The position numbers and the translations under genes are program-made. From the IMG/VR virus record IMGVR_UViG_2788500396_000001, positions 859-64,858 of that record: a DNA stretch of 64,000 bases. One strand, 5' to 3'. Source of the DNA: a virus (lineage: Duplodnaviria > Heunggongvirae > Uroviricota > Caudoviricetes). Of this stretch, positions 35,774 through 44,794 are shown piece by piece; positions within the stretch are counted from its first letter, which is position 1, and every line of letters starts with the position of its first letter. The notes beneath the pieces are model-generated. The model saw nothing but the letters and a program-made list of their open reading frames with translations, did not search any database and was not told where the DNA came from.

Positions 35774-36334
35774 TCAAATTCTCCTTGCAGAACCCTGTTT
35801 ATCTCCGCCATTCCATTTCCAATTATCTTTGGCTAAAGGGTTCTGATATTGAAAATACTCATGTTTGCATTCTTCACATGGGCCTTCGTTATGATTCGGA
35901 GTGTAGCTTTTACAAGCTGGACAATACCCATGTAGTTGCTGTATTGCGGCATCTCTTTCCTTCTTTACCTCCGCATTGCGACGCTTTTCCTCTTTAAGCA
36001 TCTGAGATAGCTCAGACACTTCGATGGCGAGTTCCATAGACTTAGCGGAATTTTCATCCAAGCGAATAGGGGAGAGACCACAATATAAAGCCTGATTTTC
36101 GTAATACAATTTAATGATTGCATCTGCACAATCAGCTGTCATTTTTGGGATGCATTTGTTCATATCGTTCCCGGAGTAATAGATGCACCCACTTTTACAC
36201 TTATCAATACCATGACTTTTCCCGCATAACGCAATTGATTCAGCTATCTTGATGTAATCCAAGCTCAGGCCTCCTCTGCCGGCATCTCGAACCAACGCAA
36301 TGCATATTCTTCGCTCGGCACCCCGTCTTCGCAC
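35774..36334 (-). CDS. coiled-coil Cys-cluster protein, copy 2 of duplicated cassette
   Basis: Paralog of 23602..24303 (ENQALY..., KERDAAIQQLHG). Confidence 0.5.
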   Translation of the reverse strand: MRRRGAERRICIALVRDAGRGGLSLDYIKIAESIALCGKSHGIDKCKSGCIYYSGNDMNKCIPKMTADCADAIIKLYYENQALYCGLSPIRLDENSAKSMELAIEVSELSQMLKEEKRRNAEVKKERDAAIQQLHGYCPACKSYTPNHNEGPCEECKHEYFQYQNPLAKDNWKWNGGDKQGSARRI

Positions 36335-36510
36335 AAATCAGCAATCATGTTAATGAGCCGTTTCGACATCTGAAGGTTATCCATACTACGAATAACATCC
36401 CCTCGTGACATAGGAACTGCACTATGACAAATGTCAGGTTTACACTTACACATATACTGAGGAGAACCGCTGTTACAACAGTCTTCATTATGTTCAAATT
36501 TACACTTCAT
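36265..36510 (-). CDS. small Cys-rich protein
   Basis: 81 aa with CCNSG...CKCKPDIC. Confidence 0.35.
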   Translation of the reverse strand: MKCKFEHNEDCCNSGSPQYMCKCKPDICHSAVPMSRGDVIRSMDNLQMSKRLINMIADLCEDGVPSEEYALRWFEMPAEEA

Positions 36511-37078
36511 GTCCTTGCTCCCGTCCTCTTCTCCAGATCGCCCAGGCTTCCTCTGTTAGCGGGCGGCCGCACTCACAACAAAACTTGTATTCCGGCTCAT
36601 AATTGCTATGATGCTTACATTCTCTACACACTTTTGGTATTGTTCTTGAACTTTCATTGTTATTTTTGCACCACGAACAGTTAGGCGCACATTCTCCGCA
36701 CGGCTCCCACGCCTCCCTGTCGATGTAGGCGGAATGGAAGGTGTATGCCGGACCAACTTGCTTGTACCAGTCGTTTGCACTGCATCTTTCCCCATCTGGA
36801 AACGTAAGTAGCGTAGCAAAAACATCTTTTGTGACCAAGGCCCAGCAATTCGTCTCTGGGAGGTATACTGGCCATCCGTCCATTTCGCACAGATGATCAA
36901 GAGGCAATGGCTTGATGTTCACCATATTCCGCAAAACCTTAGCGGCAATGCGACAAGCCTCTGTTACAGCCTCTTGAACGGCATCTTCGCCTCTGAACCC
37001 TGCATAGTATTCGATTTTATTTAGGGTATCGAGACTGGTTTCAGGGTCTAAAATATTTGCGGCATCTTCAAAATTCAT
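36500..37078 (-). CDS. Cys-rich protein, copy 2 of paralog pair (with 24456..25022)
   Basis: ILDPETSLDTLN, AYIDREAWEPCGECAPNCSWC and CCECGRPLTEEAW parallel 24456..25022. Confidence 0.55.
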   Translation of the reverse strand: MNFEDAANILDPETSLDTLNKIEYYAGFRGEDAVQEAVTEACRIAAKVLRNMVNIKPLPLDHLCEMDGWPVYLPETNCWALVTKDVFATLLTFPDGERCSANDWYKQVGPAYTFHSAYIDREAWEPCGECAPNCSWCKNNNESSRTIPKVCRECKHHSNYEPEYKFCCECGRPLTEEAWAIWRRGREQGHEV

Positions 37079-37373
37079 TCATCTTATCCCTTTCCCACGG
37101 AACGACAACACCTTCAATAAGTTTTTCTTCTCCGTAATTCCTAGTGGTAAAATCTAATTCGGAAGCATTTCCGGACAAACTAGTTATCGACACACAGATA
37201 ACATCATCCGGCAACTCAAATGTAATGTTCTTCATCGCGCTCCGAACCTCCAAAAAATCTCTGATGTTCACGAACTGCCTTCTTGTGGTATGGACAATTT
37301 GGATTTGCTCTGCACTTAAAGCACCATCCAATCTCGTATGCATCAGATCGGTTATAGCCTTCATCATAATCAC
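37068..37373 (-). CDS. hypothetical protein
   Basis: 101 aa. Tiles with neighbours. The overlapping 37216..37452 ORF is judged spurious. Confidence 0.4.
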   Translation of the reverse strand: MIMMKAITDLMHTRLDGALSAEQIQIVHTTRRQFVNIRDFLEVRSAMKNITFELPDDVICVSITSLSGNASELDFTTRNYGEEKLIEGVVVPWERDKMNEF

Positions 37374-37388
37374 AAATTCTATCTATAT

Positions 37389-37583
37389 TCATTGAGCCAT
37401 GCGCATCTCCTTCTGATATGCACGTAAATCTGGACACGTTCCATGTTTGCAAAATGGACGCTTACAGTTTGTGCAAAACTCTGCCGATGCCCGATCAATT
37501 CTCATTTTGTCTTCCTTAAAAGGGGAGAAACGGCCTGGCTTTGATGCTGCCTTATATAGTCCATATGGATTGCGTAATCTCAT
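37389..37583 (-). CDS. small Cys-rich protein
   Basis: 64 aa, CTNCKRPFCKHGTC. Confidence 0.35.
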   Translation of the reverse strand: MRLRNPYGLYKAASKPGRFSPFKEDKMRIDRASAEFCTNCKRPFCKHGTCPDLRAYQKEMRMAQ

Positions 37584-37599
37584 TAACTCATGCCTTCCA

Positions 37600-38481
37600 T
37601 CAAAAGATTAAGCTTGCTGGATCATCCCAAGCGCTATATAGCTTACAATCAGGGCGTAGGATTAGGTATTTGTAAGTATCTGTTGCTTCCTCACACTGTT
37701 TTTTACCCATACAGTCGTCATCAAGCACCACAGACATACCATCCACAGAATACTTTGTTGCTCCATACGGAAGCTTGCCAAGAGGATGCCCTACACGTTT
37801 TACATATTCAGAAATGGCTTGTGTTTTCTGAGGAGATAAGGTATGGTCATATACCCATTTGCCTTGCTCCGTATCAGATGAAGAAGCATAGAGAACTCGC
37901 AACGTCACTTGGTCTGCGCCAATGTCATAACATGTCGAGAACAACTCCTCTGGTGTATATGCCTCAAATGCGCTCGATAGATTGATGCTAAACCGCAAGG
38001 AGAAGTCATATTTTTTAATTTCCCGGCACAAATCATCCAACGAAAATTTAATAGGAGCAGGGCACCCGATGATTTCCATATTCTCATTATCATCAAAAGA
38101 AGAAATGGAGAGGCTGATGATATTTACCCCAACGTGATTTCTCAAAAACCGGAGATAGTTTTGATCTAAGAGCACGCCGGTGGTTTGCATCTCAATCCAC
38201 TGAAAAGGATTGGCCATCAGCTGCATAAACAACCCGAAGTAAGTTAAGAATTTTCTATTTTGTTGAGGCTCAGAATCTCCAGTTAACATCACAGTATTGC
38301 AACCATTGTCTTTTGCAAAACTCAGACGTTTTAAGTAATCTTTTACATACAGATCGAAGAATGGTAGGTTGTCATCCATCTGATTCTTGTATTGGTTTGC
38401 ACTCATTTTGCTTACACAAAATTTACAGGTGTTGATGCATTGCGGGTTAGGTACAACCACACTAAGACTTTGTGCTTTCAT
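37600..38481 (-). CDS. radical SAM enzyme (second copy; QueE/activase-like size)
   Basis: CINTCKFC (Cx3Cx2C) near the N-terminus. LTGDSEP GGE-like motif. Confidence 0.6.
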   Translation of the reverse strand: MKAQSLSVVVPNPQCINTCKFCVSKMSANQYKNQMDDNLPFFDLYVKDYLKRLSFAKDNGCNTVMLTGDSEPQQNRKFLTYFGLFMQLMANPFQWIEMQTTGVLLDQNYLRFLRNHVGVNIISLSISSFDDNENMEIIGCPAPIKFSLDDLCREIKKYDFSLRFSINLSSAFEAYTPEELFSTCYDIGADQVTLRVLYASSSDTEQGKWVYDHTLSPQKTQAISEYVKRVGHPLGKLPYGATKYSVDGMSVVLDDDCMGKKQCEEATDTYKYLILRPDCKLYSAWDDPASLIF

Positions 38482-38858
38482 TGGAGTGCCCCCTCAAAAT
38501 CTTCTTTTACAATGGTCCACGGAAGGTCTTGGTAGTGCTGACGCGACAAAAATCCGTACAGCGTATTTCGCTTCCATCCCATATACTCAGCACATTCTTT
38601 GGATGTTCCGAATACAACAACATTGCCCTCACGATCATAGATCGTATAAGAATTTTTGCATGTTGGCATACGAGTAGGAATCTCATTGTTCCTGATCAGC
38701 ATGTTGCGAATAGTATCAGGATCTGCTCCATATTCAGCAGCGATTTTCCTGAACGGAACACCTGCTCGATTCTTTTGGATGATCGCCTGCAACATCTTGG
38801 TAGTAAACACTCTGGTTTCTTTCATAACATACTCCTGTGCATCAAAAGCGTGTCGCAA
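38478..38858 (-). CDS. HTH DNA-binding protein with NUMOD/IENR-like C-terminal motif
   Basis: VPFRKIAAEYGADPDTIRNMLIR (resolvase-type HTH). VFGTSKECAEYMGWKRNTL. Confidence 0.45.
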   Translation of the reverse strand: MRHAFDAQEYVMKETRVFTTKMLQAIIQKNRAGVPFRKIAAEYGADPDTIRNMLIRNNEIPTRMPTCKNSYTIYDREGNVVVFGTSKECAEYMGWKRNTLYGFLSRQHYQDLPWTIVKEDFEGALQ

Positions 38859-38861
38859 AGT

Positions 38862-39263
38862 TTATAGGGGTGCATCACCAATCAACTTAAGATTGTTAAC
38901 AGCATCCCTATTTTCTGCAGTAATATAAAATGCAAACCAAGAGTTCACATAGGTTTTGGTTTCTGCGATTTCTTGGTTGATTTCCATTGTAGACTGGAGA
39001 ATAGAGACACGTTCGTATTCGCTGATCTCAGAATTCTCAACCGATAAAATATAGGTTTTATGGGCTGCTTCGTATTTTGCGACTTTGATGCTCACATCGT
39101 AGTTATCATAGTATGCTCCACAAGCACCACCAAAACATGCAACTAATACAAGAGAAATAATTGCTTTAATTACATTTTTCTTTGCATAATTGTCCGGAGC
39201 AAGCACAAAAATCAACGCAGGAATACATCCAGCCAGTGCTCCAAATAAAAGTCCGATATACAT
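38862..39263 (-). CDS. membrane protein (2 TM)
   Basis: The ATG at 39263 has AAGGAGG 7 nt upstream. Hydrophobic N-terminus. Confidence 0.5.
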   Translation of the reverse strand: MYIGLLFGALAGCIPALIFVLAPDNYAKKNVIKAIISLVLVACFGGACGAYYDNYDVSIKVAKYEAAHKTYILSVENSEISEYERVSILQSTMEINQEIAETKTYVNSWFAFYITAENRDAVNNLKLIGDAPL

Positions 39264-39275
39264 CAATTATCCTCC

Positions 39276-39509
39276 TTATAAAATCCTGATTTTATTGTCG
39301 TTGTTATCAAGAATAGCCTGCAACCGATCTGCGATCCCAAACAATTGTTCACTCCTTAAATATAAAAAAGGAGCTAATGATGTTTCAGAGGCATATCCAG
39401 TGCATCCACAGTTGTATTTGTATTCCGTAGCTTCAAATTGATATCTTTCGGCAACTTCTTTTAATGCGGAAATAATCCAAGCAACCTCTGTTCTTGTAAA
39501 CTGTTGCAT
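39276..39509 (-). CDS. hypothetical protein
   Basis: 77-aa ORF. Confidence 0.4.
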   Translation of the reverse strand: MQQFTRTEVAWIISALKEVAERYQFEATEYKYNCGCTGYASETSLAPFLYLRSEQLFGIADRLQAILDNNDNKIRIL

Positions 39510-39556
39510 ACAATCACCCCAATCTAAATATGTATCCCCGCATAGCGGGGAAGGGG

Positions 39557-39928
39557 TTAATCAAGCTCAGCAAGCAGAGCGGTCAGTTCATCAATAGACT
39601 TGTTCTGGAGCGCCTGGTCCTGCTTTTCAGCGATGATTTCACGAATCTTACGCTTCTGCTCAGCCTTAGCCTTTGCGTTCTTTCGATCAGCCGCTTCCTT
39701 CTGCTTCACCTGTACGATATGCCGGATAATCGCAATCTTCGTAGAAGTCTCAACATCCTCATTAGTCGGAGTGTCGAGAAGGCTCTCTTCATTAGACTGC
39801 TTCTCCTGAGCATTCAGCCCCTTGAAAATAGAATCAAGGGCAGTCACACTCAGATCCCACAGATCCTCGACTCCAATCATTCCCTTTTGACACTCCCCAT
39901 GGCTAAAGCCAGGGGATTCTTGGCTCAT
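39557..39928 (-). CDS. hypothetical protein (start codon abuts IS end)
   Basis: 123 aa. No SD in the IS-derived sequence immediately upstream. Confidence 0.4.
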   Translation of the reverse strand: MSQESPGFSHGECQKGMIGVEDLWDLSVTALDSIFKGLNAQEKQSNEESLLDTPTNEDVETSTKIAIIRHIVQVKQKEAADRKNAKAKAEQKRKIREIIAEKQDQALQNKSIDELTALLAELD

Positions 39929-41224
39929 CGAGGACAGCCTAAGTACCCTGCAGTTGCCCGCAGAACACCGAGGTCTTACACCCTCTCCTCAAGCGTTGGG
40001 TAGGTTCCGGTGTGTCCCACCGTACCTTGAATACTTGATTCTTTAGGCGCTGGCCTGTAGCAGCCGCAAACCCTCCATCAGCAGATTCTGGGCGGCGTTT
40101 TGATCCCGGTCGTGGTGGGTTCCGCACTGCGGGCAGGTCCACTCGCGCACCGCAAGATCTTTGACCTCTGGGTTTTGGTACCCACATCGGCTGCATAGCT
40201 GGCTGCTGGAGAAGAAGGTTCCCACTTCTACCAGCATTTTGTGCTGCCAGGCGGCCTTGTACTTGAGCTGACGGGCCAACTCACCCCAAGAGGCATCGGC
40301 GATGGCCTTGGCCAGCTTGTGGTTCTTGAGCATGTCTCCTACATTGAGGCTCTCCACACAGATGATGTCGTAGTCCCTTACCAACTGGGTAGTGAGCTTG
40401 TGCAGGTAGTCCTGCCGGCAGTTGGCGATGCGCTCATGCTGCTTGGCCAGGCGGAGGCGGGCCTTCTCCCGGTTGCGGCTGCCCTTTGGCTTTCGAGACA
40501 GCCGCCGCTGGAGGGTGGCGAGCTTCTTCTCCGCCTTCTGCAGATACTTTGGGTTGTCGAACTTCTGCCCATCTGAGGTGATCACCAAATCCTTGATACC
40601 GACATCCAGCCCTACGGCGGCGCCAGTGCTGGGATACTGGGATATCTCCACCCCGGTGCAGCAGAGGCTCACGAAAAACTTGCCACTGTGGCTCATGCTC
40701 ACGGTGGCGTTGAGAATCCGTCCCTGTACCGGGGTGGAGACCTTGGCCTTTACCCACCCCAGCTTGGGCAGTTTCACCGCCCGGTCGCTGGCCTGAATGT
40801 TTTGTCCAACAACCTTGCTGGTGTAGCTGGCCTTGCTGTGGTGTTTAGCCTTGAATTTGGGGAAGCCCACCTTTCGCCTGCCCTTGCGGCCGGCGAAGAA
40901 GTTCTTGTATGCCTGGTCCATGTGGAGTACGGAGGTCTGCAGGGCTGTGGAGTCAACCTCCCGCAGCCAAGGGTAGGTATCCTTCAGTCCGGGCAGCAGC
41001 TTCACGCAGTCGTGGCCGCTGATGGGGCTGCCGGCAGAATAGGCCGTCTTCCGGGCCGCCAAGGTCTGGTTATAGACGAAGCGGCTGCAGCCGGTGGTCT
41101 TACGGATGAGCTCTTCCTGCTTTGCTGTGGGGTACAACCGGAACTTGTAGGCTTTCTCCATGAGCGGAACCGCCTTTCTTGCGTGGATTTGGATGTTATG
41201 ATATGTTGCATGTAAAAACGCCCC
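39929..41224 (-). mobile_element. IS200/IS605-family element carrying tnpB only (IS1341-like), about 60% GC, with the predicted omegaRNA region at the RE (about 39929-40100)
   Basis: Abrupt GC shift. tnpB is flanked by about 60-nt LE and about 114-nt RE non-coding ends. Inserted directly after the integrase stop codon and before the 39928 gene start. Boundaries approximate. Confidence 0.6.
40043..41161 (-). CDS. tnpB: TnpB (OrfB) RNA-guided RuvC-like nuclease of IS605 family
   Basis: N-terminal [34 protein letters not shown]. RuvC-I D (GLDVGIKDL). RuvC-II E (VCVESLNVG). Zinc finger CSRCG...CPQCG. Ruv[15 protein letters not shown]. Confidence 0.9.
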   Translation of the reverse strand: MEKAYKFRLYPTAKQEELIRKTTGCSRFVYNQTLAARKTAYSAGSPISGHDCVKLLPGLKDTYPWLREVDSTALQTSVLHMDQAYKNFFAGRKGRRKVGFPKFKAKHHSKASYTSKVVGQNIQASDRAVKLPKLGWVKAKVSTPVQGRILNATVSMSHSGKFFVSLCCTGVEISQYPSTGAAVGLDVGIKDLVITSDGQKFDNPKYLQKAEKKLATLQRRLSRKPKGSRNREKARLRLAKQHERIANCRQDYLHKLTTQLVRDYDIICVESLNVGDMLKNHKLAKAIADASWGELARQLKYKAAWQHKMLVEVGTFFSSSQLCSRCGYQNPEVKDLAVREWTCPQCGTHHDRDQNAAQNLLMEGLRLLQASA

Positions 41225-42046
41225 TTATCGCGTATCGTTTTTTATATCGGTGAGCGCTTCTATACCTAAATTCATCCAAAGGTATACGGTTTTATCAAAC
41301 TTGTCTTGGAGATCGATATACCTAGCAGTAATCGATGGATTAGAATGCCCCAGCATACCTCTAACCCTTTCAATTGAGGCTGCTTCCATTTTTAACGAAT
41401 CGGGGAGAGGACGGCCAGTTAAGTATCCGGCCGCAGCGCGAGCTCCAGTTTTTCTCATTGAGTGCGTAGAAAACCTTCTGTTTTCTCTCCACAATCCAAC
41501 CCTCTTTGTTGCAGACCGAATAGCCCCACTTACAAGCTGTTCCGTGATTGGTTGCGAGCGAAGCACTATATTGCCATCAGAGATTGCTGTTTGAAATCGC
41601 TTTCTTGGCCCTTGACTTGTGAACATATAGTCCATATAGCACACATCTCCAATACTATCTCTATACAAAGAGATCGCAAGTTTAATGGCATCGTTCACAT
41701 AGATGTGTCTCAGATTTCTGTTTTTCTTTTCAATCTTACTAATTTCATCTTTGATATTCCCGTTCTGATCGAGCACATCCTTCCATCGGAACTCCAACAG
41801 ATCTCCAATTCGTAATTGTGTGTTACAACCCATCACGAACAAACACATGTCGCGCATTGATTTATTGGCGAGCTCAGTTACAACCATATTCACTTCGTCT
41901 TCACTGTCAAACGGAAGTACCTTTTTTGACCTCTTTTCAATCAATTCAGCAACTTGGAAGGTATCTTCTGTGTCTAGTGTATCACATTTTATATAGGTTG
42001 TAAAGCCTTTTTTGGTGTAATCTTCAAAATCTATGACCGCGTTCAT
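41225..42046 (-). CDS. int: tyrosine recombinase / phage-type integrase
   Basis: C-terminal catalytic residues R (RIGDLLEF), HSMRKTGA, LGHSNPSITARY (R-H-R-Y). RBS AAGGGGTGG. Starts 12 nt after the mazF stop. Confidence 0.75.
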   Translation of the reverse strand: MNAVIDFEDYTKKGFTTYIKCDTLDTEDTFQVAELIEKRSKKVLPFDSEDEVNMVVTELANKSMRDMCLFVMGCNTQLRIGDLLEFRWKDVLDQNGNIKDEISKIEKKNRNLRHIYVNDAIKLAISLYRDSIGDVCYMDYMFTSQGPRKRFQTAISDGNIVLRSQPITEQLVSGAIRSATKRVGLWRENRRFSTHSMRKTGARAAAGYLTGRPLPDSLKMEAASIERVRGMLGHSNPSITARYIDLQDKFDKTVYLWMNLGIEALTDIKNDTR

Positions 42047-42058
42047 ATCACCACCCCT

Positions 42059-42391
42059 TTATAGTGCAAAGCTGACGTGCAAAGCACGGTTAACATCATC
42101 CATCTCTTTCTCGCTGAGGGAACACAGCTTTTGAATGAGACGAGTTTTGTCTAAAGTACGAACCTGCTCAAGTAGAATGGTTGAATTTCTAGGAAGCCCA
42201 TCACGATGCTTGATGTTGATGTGGGTTGGTAGAGGTTTCTTCGTGTTTTTAGACGTAATCGCTGCGGCAATCACAGTTGGACTATATGTATTGCCGATAT
42301 CATTCTGAACAACAAGAACAGGGCGAATACCGCCCTGTTCACAACCAACTACAGGATTAAGATCTGCGAGGTAGATTTCACCTCTGGTCAT
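42059..42391 (-). CDS. mazF: MazF/PemK/EndoA-family mRNA interferase toxin
   Basis: RGEIYLADLNPVVGCEQGGIRPVLVVQNDIGN...KPLPTHINI...ILLEQVRTLDK is near-collinear with B. subtilis EndoA. Start taken at ATG 42391. Confidence 0.8.
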   Translation of the reverse strand: MTRGEIYLADLNPVVGCEQGGIRPVLVVQNDIGNTYSPTVIAAAITSKNTKKPLPTHINIKHRDGLPRNSTILLEQVRTLDKTRLIQKLCSLSEKEMDDVNRALHVSFAL

Positions 42392-42398
42392 GTTATAA

Positions 42399-42635
42399 TC
42401 ATCTTCTCCTTCCACTAACAGAGTGCATTGCCATTCTCTGTAATTTTTTGTATTCTTCGTCGCTTAGCACCGGTCCTTTCTTTTTCTGTTCCTCAATTTC
42501 CGCTAACCGCTTATTTGCAAGTGCCGACACTTCTTTCCATTCCTTACGTTGTCTTGATCTTTCGTTGATCGTGATAGATGCATCAGCCGCGCTTTTCAAA
42601 ATAAAAGCTACAATAATTAAATAAAGTATCCACAT
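42399..42635 (-). CDS. small membrane-anchored charged protein (candidate non-canonical antitoxin)
   Basis: The N-terminus WILYLIIVAFILKSAADA is hydrophobic and the C-terminal half is Lys/Glu-rich. The stop overlaps the mazF start region. RBS GGAGGA. Confidence 0.45.
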   Translation of the reverse strand: MWILYLIIVAFILKSAADASITINERSRQRKEWKEVSALANKRLAEIEEQKKKGPVLSDEEYKKLQRMAMHSVSGRRR

Positions 42636-42651
42636 ATAAATCCTCCAAATT

Positions 42652-42690
42652 TTAATGGTTATGATACTAATTAAATTATATCAAAAATTG
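42652..42690 (-). promoter_or_regulatory. sigma70-like promoter (TTAGAC-18-TGaTATAAT) driving 42399..42635-mazF-int
   Basis: Read on the minus strand: ttagacaaatccttcaatttttgaTATAAT, followed by GGAGGAtttatATG. Confidence 0.5.
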
Positions 42691-42734
42691 AAGGATTTGT
42701 CTAATATTTTAACAAAAAATCAACACCTTTCTTG

Positions 42735-43025
42735 TTATGAATTTGCGTAAGGTGAAATATTTTCGTACACCCATCCAACACCTTTGCTATGATGGGCGTC
42801 CACCCAATAAAACCAGTCATCTTGCGTAAATTCACCAACTGGGAACCCTCTCCAAGGCTGGTCTAACACTAATTCACCGCTGGTATCTTCCACAAATGCG
42901 ATATCCGTAATTTCTTTCCAAAGATTTTCAACTACTGTATCGGTGACATCGAATTCCGGGTTAGCAAAAATGCGATTAGGACAATTCCAGCAATCACAAG
43001 ATTGACACGTAAAACATGGGCTCAT
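42735..43025 (-). CDS. hypothetical protein
   Basis: 96 aa with an N-terminal Cys cluster. RBS GAGAGGTGA. Confidence 0.45.
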   Translation of the reverse strand: MSPCFTCQSCDCWNCPNRIFANPEFDVTDTVVENLWKEITDIAFVEDTSGELVLDQPWRGFPVGEFTQDDWFYWVDAHHSKGVGWVYENISPYANS

Positions 43026-43041
43026 TATATATCACCTCTCG

Positions 43042-43344
43042 CTATACACAGGATGCAATTGCTGCACACACATCATCTTCAGAAAGATCATAAGAAGTGA
43101 AGTTACGAAGATGCTCAACAATCAAATCCTTTGCTTCTATAATTTCTTCTCGGCTACAAGAAAATTCATCATAAATTTCTTGTATACTCCAAGAATCAAT
43201 ACGCAGCATAACCTCCATCCAAAGCTGATCATCTACCATTTTATCAAACAGCAGAGCCGCAACCCGAGGCGGAATTTCAGTATGATTTTCACCGCATTCA
43301 ATATGCCAATATCCATTTTGATCAACATAAATATGATTTTTCAT
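43042..43344 (-). CDS. hypothetical protein
   Basis: 100 aa. ATGA overlap with the upstream gene. Confidence 0.45.
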   Translation of the reverse strand: MKNHIYVDQNGYWHIECGENHTEIPPRVAALLFDKMVDDQLWMEVMLRIDSWSIQEIYDEFSCSREEIIEAKDLIVEHLRNFTSYDLSEDDVCAAIASCV

Positions 43345-44312
43345 GCCACAACTCCTTTCGGCTCATGAATTTTCTTTAAGGTGTCCTGCCAAACACTTTC
43401 ACACATTCCATAAACACTTCCGATACTGTAACCAGGGCCAGCACCATCAGGCACAGCTCGCCAAATAAACTTTGCCGGAATGCGGACATCGTGCTCAAGT
43501 TGAATGTCTAGAACGCTGCCACCGCCACACCAAGGATCGTATAGTCCGCATGGAGTAGACTTATCTAAAACAATATATCCACAATACGGATTTTTTCTAG
43601 CATCATAAAAATGCCCATTGCGATCCTGCAGTCGAACTAATTTGTTAATCTCTGCGAGCTGACGCACAGTCATTCTGACCATAAAGGTTAGCGTTGCCAT
43701 ATGAGACGGGAGGTTGGCTTCCTCTACATAAATACTTTTAAGAAGGGGAGAGGATTCACCTTCTGCGTCTCGCTTGAATGTATTGAGTAGCCGACTCTTC
43801 TTGTAGCCCTGCTGCTTCACAAGCCATACAATGGATGACAGATCGTCAATGGTTTGATTCTGTTCGTTTCCATAATAGCAAGGATAGTGAGGATTGAGAA
43901 CGAAATCATAATTTCCGTCCCCGGTGTCTAACATAATATCTACACATACATCTTGGTTCCAATAGTGATCATAAGGAGGGGAGATCAGCAAGTAATCTCT
44001 AACAATCTCCCACAAAGAACCATCCTCAATATCAACATCGGGGTAGTGATCAAACATATATGTCTGGAATGCGGATCTGATATTGTCCTCTTCATACCAA
44101 ACAGCTTCCATATATGCCTCATCCAGAAGCTCATACATAGCCATTTCTGGATCATCACTCTCGACGATTGTTGCAATCTGTTTCTCAGAAAGACAATCAT
44201 CGTAATTTGCGTAGAGCTCAAAGGAGTAAGTCCCATCTGCGTTTCGCTGGAACGGATAAGTATAGTCCTCCAAAAATTCAGTTGCAATCTTTTTCTTTTC
44301 TTCAAGTGTCAT
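43341..44312 (-). CDS. hypothetical protein (323 aa)
   Basis: Long clean ORF, no recognised motif. Confidence 0.5.
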   Translation of the reverse strand: MTLEEKKKIATEFLEDYTYPFQRNADGTYSFELYANYDDCLSEKQIATIVESDDPEMAMYELLDEAYMEAVWYEEDNIRSAFQTYMFDHYPDVDIEDGSLWEIVRDYLLISPPYDHYWNQDVCVDIMLDTGDGNYDFVLNPHYPCYYGNEQNQTIDDLSSIVWLVKQQGYKKSRLLNTFKRDAEGESSPLLKSIYVEEANLPSHMATLTFMVRMTVRQLAEINKLVRLQDRNGHFYDARKNPYCGYIVLDKSTPCGLYDPWCGGGSVLDIQLEHDVRIPAKFIWRAVPDGAGPGYSIGSVYGMCESVWQDTLKKIHEPKGVVA

Positions 44313-44535
44313 ATGTATCGCTCCTCGATAAACTAATTCTTATGAGGGTTAGTCAGACAAAACCCATCATGGCAAAATCCAGTAACGTCTGAGAGATAGT
44401 CTGATATTTCATCTACATCTTCCATTCCGTCCGGGATATGGATTGTTTTTGGAAGGAATAGTGCATCATCTTCACAGCCAACATCCCACAATATATTGTA
44501 TGCATCCATTAAATCACCTCATTAAAATGCGTATT

Positions 44536-44790
44536 TTAAAGTAAAATATTTACTTCGTTTTCTGCCCAACGGAACTTCTTAGTCCAGTCCTCAGTGGCTG
44601 TGTTTTCGTACACATATGCATTTGCCGAACGATCTGTTTCATCAACCTCAATAAACGCCAAGTCAATTTCAACCCCATCATTACGTCTTAAACAAACGGA
44701 AATTGCGGGGTATTCGCTACTAGAGCAAGCACGAACACAAAGATTTCCTATGCTTGTCTTAAGGCTGATGTCATATTCTTGATCACCCAT
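44536..44790 (-). CDS. hypothetical small protein
   Basis: 84-aa ORF, ATG start. Confidence 0.4.
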   Translation of the reverse strand: MGDQEYDISLKTSIGNLCVRACSSSEYPAISVCLRRNDGVEIDLAFIEVDETDRSANAYVYENTATEDWTKKFRWAENEVNILL

Positions 44791-44794
44791 AACC

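Noticed and set aside
37216-37452. 78-aa ORF 37216..37452
   Set aside because: It overlaps 37068..37373 by 158 nt in another frame. 37068..37373 tiles exactly with its neighbours, so it is preferred. It could still be an overprinted gene.
40241-41215. Multiple ORFs on both strands inside the tnpB region (40241..40576, 40378..40572, 40422..40796, 40434..40757, 40688..41215, 40774..40956, 41002..41211)
   Set aside because: GC-rich antisense or alternative-frame artefacts. The TnpB frame carries all catalytic motifs.
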